The position numbers and the translations under genes were made by a program. Under the pieces are notes generated by a model. It saw only the letters and a list, made by a program, of their open reading frames with translations, had not been told where the DNA came from and searched no databases. From Microcystis aeruginosa NIES-2549 (GTDB taxonomy: Bacteria; Cyanobacteriota; Cyanobacteriia; Cyanobacteriales; Microcystaceae): a stretch of DNA of 32,000 bases. Shown here piece by piece: positions 24,265 to 32,000 of the stretch (its first letter is position 1; each line of letters opens with the position of its first letter). Location of the stretch: positions 930,001-962,000 of the forward strand of contig NZ_CP011304.1 in NCBI RefSeq assembly GCF_000981785.2, read 5' to 3'.

Positions 24265-24429
24265 TTCCAAGACACAGTTTAAATCCCTGACAGCTTATAA
24301 ACTTTAGCCGCTTAAATCGCACCATTGAGGGGAAATCCCCCCTGAACTAGGTACGGTAAGCCCCTAGGAGCCAACAAACCGGTCAATCTAGAATAATCTT
24401 TAGGGTATAAAAGTAATCTCTTATAGAAA

Positions 24430-27054
24430 ATGCAGCCAACCAATCCACAACAATTTACGGAAAAAGCTTGGGAGGCAATCGTCAAAACGCAGGACATTGC
24501 CAAACAGCACAGCCAGCAACACATCGAAAGCGAACATCTCATGAAAGCCCTTCTCGAACAGGAGGGATTAGCGGGCAGTATCTTTAGTAAAGCTAATATT
24601 AGTCTAGCCCGTTTGCGGGATCGAACCGATGACTTTATCCGTCGTCAACCGAAAATATCTAACCCCGGCGACTCGATTTATTTAGGTCGTAGTTTAGATA
24701 GTTTACTCGATCGAGCGGAAAATTATCGTCGAGAATTTGGAGATGACTTTATCTCGATCGAGCATTTAATTTTAGGTTACGCTAAAGATGATCGCTTCGG
24801 TAAAAATATTTTTCAAGAATTCGGACTTACCGAAAACAAACTCAAAGAAATTATTCAACAAGTCAGAGGTAGTCAAAAAGTGACCGATCAGAATCCAGAA
24901 GGCAAATACGAAGCCCTAGAAAAATACGGACGGGATCTGACCCAATTGGCACGGGAAGGTAAATTAGACCCCGTAATTGGACGGGATGACGAAATCCGTC
25001 GCACCATTCAGATTCTCTCGCGTCGGACTAAAAATAACCCGGTTTTAATCGGAGAACCGGGAGTAGGAAAAACGGCCATTGTCGAAGGATTAGCCCAGCG
25101 GATTATTAACCGTGATGTGCCAGAATCTCTATTAGATCGGACTCTTATTTCTCTCGATTTAGGTGGCTTAATTGCGGGAGCAAAATATCGCGGGGAATTT
25201 GAGGAAAGATTAAAAGCTGTCCTCAAGGAAGTCACCGAGTCCCAAGGCAATATCATCATGTTTATTGACGAAATTCATACCGTTGTCGGTGCGGGAGCCA
25301 CTCAAGGGGCAATGGATGCGGGCAATTTATTAAAACCAATGTTAGCCCGGGGTGAATTACGTTGTATTGGGGCCACTACCCTCGATGAGTACCGCAAATA
25401 TATCGAAAAAGATGCGGCGTTAGAAAGACGTTTTCAAGAGGTTTTAGTGGATGAACCAAATGTGGTCGATACTATTTCGATTCTTCGCGGTCTCAAAGAA
25501 CGTTATGAGGTGCATCATGGGGTGAAAATTGCCGATAATGCTTTAGTGGCAGCGGCGCTGCTTTCTAATCGTTATATTAGCGATCGCTTTTTGCCCGATA
25601 AGGCCATTGATTTAGTTGATGAAGCGGCAGCCAAATTGAAGATGGAAATCACTTCTAAACCGGAAGAACTCGATGAAATTGATCGCAAAATTCTCCAGTT
25701 AGAAATGGAAAAACTTTCTCTACAAAGGGAATATGATCCAGCTTCGCGAGAACGGTTAGAAAAGTTAGAAAAAGAACTGGCTAACCTCAAGGAAGAACAA
25801 TCGGGATTAAATGCCCAATGGCAAGGGGAAAAAGAGATTATCGATAAAGTTCGTGGGGTTAAAGAAGCGATCGAACAAGTTAATCTCAAAATTCAGCAGT
25901 TGGAACGAGATCCTAATGTGGATCTGGGTAAAATGGGTGAGTTGCGCTATGGTAAAATTCCCGAACTTCAGAATCAACTCAAAGAACTAGAAACTCAATT
26001 GGCCGACAAACAAACCACCGGCAAAAGTTTATTAAGGGAAGAAGTTCTCGAATCGGATATCGCCGAAATTATCTCGAAATGGACGGGAATTCCTCTCAAT
26101 AAATTAATCGAATCGGAAAAAGAAAAACTCCTCAATCTGGAAGAGGAATTACACGAAAGTGTCATCGGTCAAGAGGAAGCGGTCACAGCCGTAGCCGAAG
26201 CGATTCAACGTTCCCGCGCCGGTTTATCGGATCCCAACCGTCCCACGGCCAGCTTTATTTTCCTCGGTCCGACGGGTGTTGGTAAGACAGAATTGGCGAA
26301 AGCTTTAGCTCGCAATCTCTTTGACACCGAAGAGGCTCTAGTTCGCATCGATATGTCGGAATACATGGAAAAACACAGCGTTTCCCGTCTCATGGGTGCG
26401 CCTCCGGGATACGTCGGCTACGATGAAGGGGGACAATTAACCGAGGCAATCCGGCGTCGTCCCTACTCTGTCATCCTTTTTGATGAGATTGAAAAAGCCC
26501 ACCCCGACGTTTTTAACGTTATGTTACAAATCCTTGACGATGGGCGCTTAACCGACTCTCAAGGTCATCTGGTTGATTTCAAAAATACCATCATTATTAT
26601 GACCAGTAATATCGGTTCTCAATACATTTTAGACGTGGCCGGTGATGAGTCTCGTTACGAGGAAATGCAGTCCAGGGTGATGGAAGCAATGCGGAATAGT
26701 TTCCGTCCCGAATTCCTCAATCGTATCGATGAAACGATCATTTTCCATAGTTTACAAAAAGTGCAACTGCGATCGATTGTCAAACTACAGATAGCCAATC
26801 TCAGCGATCGCTTGATGGAACAAAAATTAGCCCTGAAATTTGCCGATATTGCCCTCGATTATCTAGCAGAAATTGGTTACGATCCAGTGTACGGTGCGCG
26901 ACCCCTAAAACGGGCAGTACAAAGATATGTGGAAACTCCGATCGCTAAGGCAATTCTGCGCGGCGAATTCAAAGGGGGAGACACGATTTTTGTCGATGTG
27001 GCCGATGAAAGATTGACCTTTAAACGGTTAGCTTCCCCGGTAGTAACTGCTTAA
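24430..27054 (+). CDS. clpB: ATP-dependent chaperone/disaggregase ClpB
   Basis: 874 aa with a Clp_N domain, two AAA modules (GEPGVGKT and GPTGVGKT Walker A), a long coiled-coil middle domain, and the signature [10 protein letters not shown]. Confidence 0.95.
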   Translation: MQPTNPQQFTEKAWEAIVKTQDIAKQHSQQHIESEHLMKALLEQEGLAGSIFSKANISLARLRDRTDDFIRRQPKISNPGDSIYLGRSLDSLLDRAENYRREFGDDFISIEHLILGYAKDDRFGKNIFQEFGLTENKLKEIIQQVRGSQKVTDQNPEGKYEALEKYGRDLTQLAREGKLDPVIGRDDEIRRTIQILSRRTKNNPVLIGEPGVGKTAIVEGLAQRIINRDVPESLLDRTLISLDLGGLIAGAKYRGEFEERLKAVLKEVTESQGNIIMFIDEIHTVVGAGATQGAMDAGNLLKPMLARGELRCIGATTLDEYRKYIEKDAALERRFQEVLVDEPNVVDTISILRGLKERYEVHHGVKIADNALVAAALLSNRYISDRFLPDKAIDLVDEAAAKLKMEITSKPEELDEIDRKILQLEMEKLSLQREYDPASRERLEKLEKELANLKEEQSGLNAQWQGEKEIIDKVRGVKEAIEQVNLKIQQLERDPNVDLGKMGELRYGKIPELQNQLKELETQLADKQTTGKSLLREEVLESDIAEIISKWTGIPLNKLIESEKEKLLNLEEELHESVIGQEEAVTAVAEAIQRSRAGLSDPNRPTASFIFLGPTGVGKTELAKALARNLFDTEEALVRIDMSEYMEKHSVSRLMGAPPGYVGYDEGGQLTEAIRRRPYSVILFDEIEKAHPDVFNVMLQILDDGRLTDSQGHLVDFKNTIIIMTSNIGSQYILDVAGDESRYEEMQSRVMEAMRNSFRPEFLNRIDETIIFHSLQKVQLRSIVKLQIANLSDRLMEQKLALKFADIALDYLAEIGYDPVYGARPLKRAVQRYVETPIAKAILRGEFKGGDTIFVDVADERLTFKRLASPVVTA

Positions 27055-27060
27055 TTAAGT

Positions 27061-27083
27061 AAGGGTGGGCCATGCTCACCCTT
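27061..27083 (+). terminator. possible clpB terminator hairpin
   Basis: aagggtg-ggccatgct-caccctt is a 7-bp stem. It is followed by tgattattat, a weak U-tract. Confidence 0.4.
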
Positions 27084-27165
27084 TGATTATTATAGAAGCA
27101 GGGGATTTTTGCTTGAATCTATGACTGTAACACTGTTTGCACCACGTCAAAGACCCGAAGGTTAA

Positions 27166-27248
27166 TGCGGATGGAGGGACTCGAACCCACACATCGAAAA
27201 GATACTAGAACCTAAATCTAGCGCGTCTACCAATTCCGCCACATCCGC
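27166..27248 (-). tRNA. tRNA-Leu (anticodon UAG), class II with long variable arm; CCA not encoded
   Basis: The minus strand reads GCGGATGTGGCGGAATTGGTAGACGCGCTAGATTTAGGTTCTAGTATCTTTTCGATGTGTGGGTTCGAGTCCCTCCATCCGCA. The acceptor stem is 7 bp. The anticodon stem is CTAGA/TCTAG with loop TTTAGGT. The T-loop is GGTTCGAGTCC, with one U-U mismatch in the T-stem. Confidence 0.88.
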
Positions 27249-27321
27249 AAATATGTCAGCTTATTCCATCATAGCATAAGATACTATAGGAAAGATAAAA
27301 TTTTTTATTCTTAATAATTTT

Positions 27322-28173
27322 ATGCTCTTAGGTTTTGTCTTTCAGTCTCCCGGCCCCGTCCTCTGGGAGATTGGACCGATTTCGGTGCGCTGGTATGGAT
27401 TTCTGATTGCTATGGCGGTATTATTGGGTGTCACCCTCTCCCAGTACCTCGCCCAAAAAAGAGCGATCAATCCCGATTTAATCGCTGATTTGGCCATTTG
27501 GTTAGTAGTAGGGGCCATACCTGCAGCCCGTCTGTACTATGTTCTGTTTCAGTGGCAAGAATACGCGCAAAATCCTGCTGATATTATCGCCATTTGGAAG
27601 GGAGGTATCGCTATTCACGGGGCAATTATCGGGGGTTTGCTGGCAGCCCTAATCTTTGCTCGCATTAATCGGGTTTCTCTTTGGCAATTACTCGATCTGG
27701 TGGCCCCTTCCGTCATTCTCGGTCAAGCGATCGGACGTTGGGGTAACTTTTTTAATTCGGAAGCTTTTGGCAGTCCGACTAATTTACCCTGGCGGTTGTT
27801 TATTCCTCCGGCTAGTCGTCCTTTGAAATATATCGCCGTCGATTATTTTCATCCCACCTTTCTCTACGAATCTCTCTGGAATCTGGCAGTTTTTGCCCTA
27901 CTCATCTATCTATTTTTTTGGGGTTTAAAATACCCTAGTAAATTAAAAATTGGCACCCTTACCCTAGTTTATTTTATTGCCTACAGTCTAGGTAGATTCT
28001 GGATCGAGGGGCTACGCACTGATAGTTTAATGTTTGGTCCTTTGAAAATGGCGCAAATAATTAGTTTAGGAGCGATTGCTGTCGGTCTTTTCGGTTTATT
28101 CTGGTTATATAAACTCCAGCGTCCTTTACCGGATGTGGTGGCGACTGTCGGTTATAATCAAAAGTTACCCTAG
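27322..28173 (+). CDS. lgt: prolipoprotein diacylglyceryl transferase
   Basis: 283 aa. [27 protein letters not shown] and [18 protein letters not shown] are the Lgt signature. Confidence 0.9.
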   Translation: MLLGFVFQSPGPVLWEIGPISVRWYGFLIAMAVLLGVTLSQYLAQKRAINPDLIADLAIWLVVGAIPAARLYYVLFQWQEYAQNPADIIAIWKGGIAIHGAIIGGLLAALIFARINRVSLWQLLDLVAPSVILGQAIGRWGNFFNSEAFGSPTNLPWRLFIPPASRPLKYIAVDYFHPTFLYESLWNLAVFALLIYLFFWGLKYPSKLKIGTLTLVYFIAYSLGRFWIEGLRTDSLMFGPLKMAQIISLGAIAVGLFGLFWLYKLQRPLPDVVATVGYNQKLP

Positions 28174-28185
28174 CTAACCCTGACA

Positions 28186-29136
28186 ATGGATTTAGTAACG
28201 ATTTTTCAACAGGTTTTAAACGGTTTATCGATCGGTAGTGTCTATGCTATTTTTGCCCTTGGTTACACTTTGATTTTTTCCATTCTAGGTATTATCAATT
28301 TTGCCCATGGCGCAATTTTTACTCTCGGGGCCTATTTTACCTACGCTCTAGCGGGGGGAGTTTTCGGTTTTAATGGTTTATTGGCTAATGCCAAATTACC
28401 CTTTTCCTTACCCTTTTTTTTAGCACTCTTGCTAGGCTGTATCCTTTCAGGTTTCACCTCGGTTATTCTGGAAAGATTGGCCTTTAAACCCCTCCGGGTA
28501 AGGGGTTCCGATTCTCTCTTAACTTTGGTTTCTAGCCTAGGGGCAGCCGTGGTGATTGTCAATGTTATTCAATACTTAGTCGGGGCAGAAATTTATACTT
28601 TTCCCGATGATATCTATGGCAATCTTCCCCCCGCAATTAATTTCGGTACAGCTGATCGCCCCGTGGCAATTCGCACAATTCAGATTATTATTTTTCTGGT
28701 TTCAGCAGTTATGGTGGCTTTACTAACTTATTGGGTTAATTTTACCAAAATGGGCAAAGCTTTACAAGCGGTAGCTGAAGATGTCACCACGGCCAGTTTG
28801 TTGGGGATCAATCCCGAAAAGTTTATCGTGATTACCTTTTTTATCAGTGGTGCCTTGGCAGGTTTAGCAGGAACTTTAGTCGGTTCTAGTGTTAGTATTG
28901 CTGGACCCTATTTCGGCATTGCTTTCGGATTAAAAGGTTTAGGAGTGATCGTTTTAGGGGGATTGGGAAGTATCCCCGGAGCGGTCATCGGTGGTTTATT
29001 ATTGGGTATTGCAGAAGCTTTTGTTCCCGCAGAATATTCCGGTTATCGAGAGGCGATCGCTTTTGCTATTCTCTTTATTATGTTGTTAGTTCGTCCCCAG
29101 GGTTTACTAGGCAGAAAGTTAATTGAAAAAGTCTAA
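28186..29136 (+). CDS. branched-chain amino acid (LivH/NatD-type) ABC transporter permease
   Basis: 316 aa. The N-terminus QQVLNGLSIGSVYAIFALGYTLIFSILGIINFAHGAIFTLGAY and the C-terminus LLVRPQGLLG are typical of the LivH family. Confidence 0.85.
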   Translation: MDLVTIFQQVLNGLSIGSVYAIFALGYTLIFSILGIINFAHGAIFTLGAYFTYALAGGVFGFNGLLANAKLPFSLPFFLALLLGCILSGFTSVILERLAFKPLRVRGSDSLLTLVSSLGAAVVIVNVIQYLVGAEIYTFPDDIYGNLPPAINFGTADRPVAIRTIQIIIFLVSAVMVALLTYWVNFTKMGKALQAVAEDVTTASLLGINPEKFIVITFFISGALAGLAGTLVGSSVSIAGPYFGIAFGLKGLGVIVLGGLGSIPGAVIGGLLLGIAEAFVPAEYSGYREAIAFAILFIMLLVRPQGLLGRKLIEKV

Positions 29137-29142
29137 GTCCGG

Positions 29143-30141
29143 TTAATTGGCCGAGAGAAAAACTGTTTTTCCCGACAAGGAAGATTGATAGGCAGCGTAT
29201 GCCACTTCTAGGGCATAAAGACTGGCTTGGGGAGTAACATAGAGAGGAACCCGATCGAAGAGATAATCTAGCACCATAGCGGTATCTTTGGCAAAAAGAC
29301 CGCGACGGGTTTCCACTTCTAAAGCTTGGCTACCTTCACTATTAATTAACTGCCCTTTTTCCCCTTCAAAAATTAAGCTACCCCCCTCACCATGAATAGT
29401 GAAAGTTCGCTCATTTTGCCAAAAAACTTCGCCTTTACCGTAGGTAACTTCAGCAATTAAGCCATTTTTAAATAATAACTGCGCCTCACACAAACAGGCC
29501 AGAAAATAATCGGATTCTGGAGCATTCCAATAACGACAATGACAGGATACGGACTCCACTTCCCCAAATAAATTAGTAAAGCGATGGATACGAGAAAGGG
29601 CTGCAATCAAAGGAAAACCGAATAAATCCCGATGAAATGTCCAGCGCCGGGGTGCTGGTCTGCCTGGGACGATCGTGGTATAACGGGCTAGGTGGATATT
29701 GCCAAGGCCGGCTAAATATTGCTGTTGGGTTTGATGCAGTCCCCCCAAAAGCTCAATATGTTCGACGTGCAGTAATTTGTTCTCGGTTTCGGCTAGGGTG
29801 ATTAATTCTGCTGCCGCTGCCGGGTGAAAAGCCAGGGGATACTCGACGATAACGTGCTTACCGGATTTTAAGGCAGTACGGGCGATCGAGGCATGGGCCT
29901 GATTAACGTTGGCAATGACAATCAGATCGAGATCGGGATGGCTGGCCAGGCTTAGTGCCGAATCTAGGGCAGAAATTTGGTATTTTTGCGAGAAATTAGC
30001 GATCGATTCGGGACTATTACCGCTAACATACAGAAGCTGGGCGCGATCATCGGCTTGCAAGCTTTCAGCGCGACGTTGAGCGGCGAACCCTGTGCCAACT
30101 ATACCAATTTTTAGGGAACGATGAGAAGTCATCAGGGGCAT
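29143..30141 (-). CDS. bvdR: Gfo/Idh/MocA-family NAD(P)-dependent oxidoreductase, probably biliverdin reductase
   Basis: 332 aa. The Rossmann motif is IGIVGTGFAAQRRAE. HVIVEYPLA, LLHVEHIELLGG and FGFPLIAALSRIHRFTNLFG closely resemble cyanobacterial BvdR as I remember it. The symbol is tentative. Confidence 0.6.
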   Translation of the reverse strand: MPLMTSHRSLKIGIVGTGFAAQRRAESLQADDRAQLLYVSGNSPESIANFSQKYQISALDSALSLASHPDLDLIVIANVNQAHASIARTALKSGKHVIVEYPLAFHPAAAAELITLAETENKLLHVEHIELLGGLHQTQQQYLAGLGNIHLARYTTIVPGRPAPRRWTFHRDLFGFPLIAALSRIHRFTNLFGEVESVSCHCRYWNAPESDYFLACLCEAQLLFKNGLIAEVTYGKGEVFWQNERTFTIHGEGGSLIFEGEKGQLINSEGSQALEVETRRGLFAKDTAMVLDYLFDRVPLYVTPQASLYALEVAYAAYQSSLSGKTVFLSAN

Positions 30142-30160
30142 TCTGGCGACCTTAATTATC

Positions 30161-30240
30161 GGGAAGTGGGGTGTGGGGTGCGGGGAGATGGGGAGAATAA
30201 ATAAAAATAATCTCCTGACTCCTGAATCCTGACTCTTGCC
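30161..30240. repeat. degenerate heptamer repeats (GGGGTGT-like, then TCCTGAC-like)
   Basis: gggaagtggggtgtggggtgcggggagatggggag includes the reverse complement of the 841-867 unit. ctcctgactcctgaatcctgactcttgcc follows. Confidence 0.75.
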
Positions 30241-30372
30241 TTTCCCAGCTTTATCTTTACAATCAACCCATCTATTATCTCAAAAATAGCGCCCTAAAAG
30301 ATGTGGGGGGGGTGAATTCATATTTTGAATGGACAACGCCAATTTTTTACTCCTGTTTAGGGACCGGAACTT

Positions 30373-30648
30373 CTAAACTGCCATCGGTTGTCGGGGAGCA
30401 TGACGACTAGGGGAAACCACTACGGGAGTTGGCGACACCGTACAGGTTAATTCTAGAGACTGTTCTAAACTAACCACCCGATTGAGTTGTTGCCATTCAG
30501 TGCTAAAAGGAGGCATCGCTAGAGCGCAGGCTTTCCAATGAGCTTCGACGGGAACATCTAGTTGTTGACAAGTGCCACCGCGCCGACCTTGGGTTTGATA
30601 GTATCGGCAGTATCGACAGGAAGAAGTAAGAAAGTTTGCGGGTTGCAT
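30373..30648 (-). CDS. conserved-looking Cys-rich hypothetical protein
   Basis: 91 aa. The N-terminal part is SSCRYCRYYQTQGRRGGTCQQLDVPVEAHWKACALAMPPF. I recognise no family. Confidence 0.5.
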   Translation of the reverse strand: MQPANFLTSSCRYCRYYQTQGRRGGTCQQLDVPVEAHWKACALAMPPFSTEWQQLNRVVSLEQSLELTCTVSPTPVVVSPSRHAPRQPMAV

Positions 30649-31036
30649 GGGTTGGCTTTAAAAGGAAGATCATTATAGGGAACTCAAGGGATGACTCTCT
30701 TTTTGCTCTGTCTAATATTGTCCTACCCCGTGCCAAGGGTATTTTCCTGACTACCATAGCTAGAACTGTTATGCCATATAGTTTTTAGTGATCCCCCCAA
30801 AAAATTTTGTTTTTAGAATCTTTTAATAGTTACTTTGCAAAAAGCAGCACTGTCTCAAAACTGAAGAGTTTAACTCAGTTGTGTCCGAGGTTATTGGGTC
30901 TAGTATCGGCGATAACAGAACGGGGATCAAGCCTTAGCTCGATAGAATTGATGAATACAGGTTCAATTAAGACAGAAAAGATAGGCCAATTGATTCCCGA
31001 CTCAAAACCACTCTTTCCACAAGACTATAAAAAAAT

Positions 31037-31585
31037 TTAATCTTTTACACCGCCCGACTGGGCAAAACAAAAAGCACAACATTGCCAACGCTCAAGCTCT
31101 CCTGAGGGAGTGGGAGACTGACAACGAGGACAAATCGGCCAAGATCGGGTCCGGTGAACTATTTTCTGGCTCCAACTCTCTAAACTGTCCGGTTGCTGGG
31201 GATTTTCCGGCGGTTTTTCCGGGGTGACATAACTAGGATGATCTCTCAGGGAATTAGGCGCGATCGCTTCTGGGGGAATTAACTGACTATCTTGCTGCCA
31301 ACGGGCAGCAGAAAAGCGGATATCGCTCAGGGGAGTCTCTAACTGACTATTAAGCCGTTTTAATAAGCTATAGCGTTGTAAAGACAATTCCTGTGCTAAA
31401 GCGGCGCTACTGGTAGCCACCGATAAAACCCCACGATTGAGGGAAAAAGGCCGGGTTTGCTCGAGCAGACGGGGATTAATAATTTTTGGCCATAATTGCA
31501 GCACTTGATCATAGTGGCGATATTCTTCCCAACCCCCCTGTTGAGTAATAGCCGCCAAAATTTTGTCAAGAGAATGTAAAGACAT
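31037..31585 (-). CDS. DUF721 (DciA-like) protein with C-terminal zinc ribbon
   Basis: 182 aa. WPKIINPRLLEQTRPFSLNRGVLSVATSSAALAQELSLQRYSLLKRLN fits DUF721. The C-terminus is CPRCQ...CCAFC. Confidence 0.7.
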   Translation of the reverse strand: MSLHSLDKILAAITQQGGWEEYRHYDQVLQLWPKIINPRLLEQTRPFSLNRGVLSVATSSAALAQELSLQRYSLLKRLNSQLETPLSDIRFSAARWQQDSQLIPPEAIAPNSLRDHPSYVTPEKPPENPQQPDSLESWSQKIVHRTRSWPICPRCQSPTPSGELERWQCCAFCFAQSGGVKD

Positions 31586-31679
31586 CTGGAAAATCTAGAG
31601 AGTACCACGTTAGACTAGGACGAAAAAACCCCCTAACTTTTTAGCATAACCTTTAATACCCCTGCCCTAGTCATCTGCC

Positions 31680-32000
31680 ATGAAATCCGATCGATCCCCA
31701 TCCTCCCAAGATTTGCCTCTCTCGATCGTCCATCAGCCCAGTTCAGCCATCGATCCCGCTCAGGAACCAGAATACCTAGAAGCTGCTGTCATTAACGTCT
31801 ATCCCCAAGCTAAAGATATCTTTTTTACCCCTTGGGGTATCGGGGCAATGGCGATCTTTTTAATTGCTAATAGTCTCCTCTCTCTCAATCAATGGTTAAC
31901 CAACACCACCGCTACCCCGAGGAAAGCTGAGAATTCCCCCCGCGAGCAGCACCAAAATAACTCCCGCCACCTCGATCGATTGATAGCGATCGCTCGTCCA
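31680..32000 (+). CDS. hypothetical membrane protein, 5' part (open to the right edge)
   Basis: My translation from the ATG at 31680 gives MKSDRSPSSQDLPLSIVHQPSSAIDPAQEPEYLEAAVINVYPQAKDIFFTPWGIGAMAIFLIANSLLSLNQW..., with no stop to 32000. It is not in the ORF track, presumably because it is partial. Confidence 0.4.
   Translation, partial: MKSDRSPSSQDLPLSIVHQPSSAIDPAQEPEYLEAAVINVYPQAKDIFFTPWGIGAMAIFLIANSLLSLNQWLTNTTATPRKAENSPREQHQNNSRHLDRLIAIARP

Noticed and set aside
24312-24542. 76-aa Cys-rich minus-strand ORF overlapping the clpB start
   Set aside because: It overlaps the clpB 5' end in antisense. The Cys/Leu-rich composition is consistent with a chance frame.
25008-26393. Minus-strand ORFs inside clpB
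   Set aside because: They are antisense frames of a highly conserved gene.
30503-31040. ORFs 30503-30757 (minus) and 30807-31040 (plus)
   Set aside because: The first overlaps the better-looking Cys-rich ORF at 30373-30648 in another frame. The second starts at a non-ATG codon and has no RBS and a low-complexity product. I have insufficient support to call either.

Overview
This is a cyanobacterial chromosomal window. HIP1 octamers (GCGATCGC) are frequent, heptameric STRR-type tandem repeats sit at gene ends, and the gene set is typical. By eye it looks most like Microcystis, but that is unverified. The housekeeping backbone is an aldo/keto reductase, ndhF, an M10-like metalloprotease, secG, gpmI, a PstS-like binding protein, mlaE, mlaD, a transketolase-family enzyme, clpB, tRNA-Leu(UAG), lgt, a LivH-type permease, a BvdR-like oxidoreductase and a DUF721 protein. 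Several small accessory insertions interrupt this backbone.

- **AAA+ ATPase plus S8 subtilase operon (3526-7019).** This is the most interesting block. It is AT-rich and HIP1-free, and its architecture matches the poorly understood IetAS-type anti-phage pair. The protease has large uncharacterised N- and C-terminal extensions.
- **Toxin-antitoxin islet (hicAB plus brnTA).** It also carries a radical-SAM gene fragment and is bracketed by direct duplications of the mlaE 5' end.
- **Cys-rich 113-aa ORF.** It is bracketed by about 267-bp duplications of the 3' end of an Rpn/DUF4351 nuclease gene.
- **Solo tnpB (IS1341-type) element.** It carries two in-frame palindromic mini-insertions and abuts a Uma2 endonuclease gene.
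- **Other accessory genes.** These are a WD40 lipoprotein, DUF5678-like and DUF29-like proteins, and an orphan HicB.

No CRISPR array, rRNA or prophage is visible. All calls rest on reading the sequence and translations; no database search was possible.
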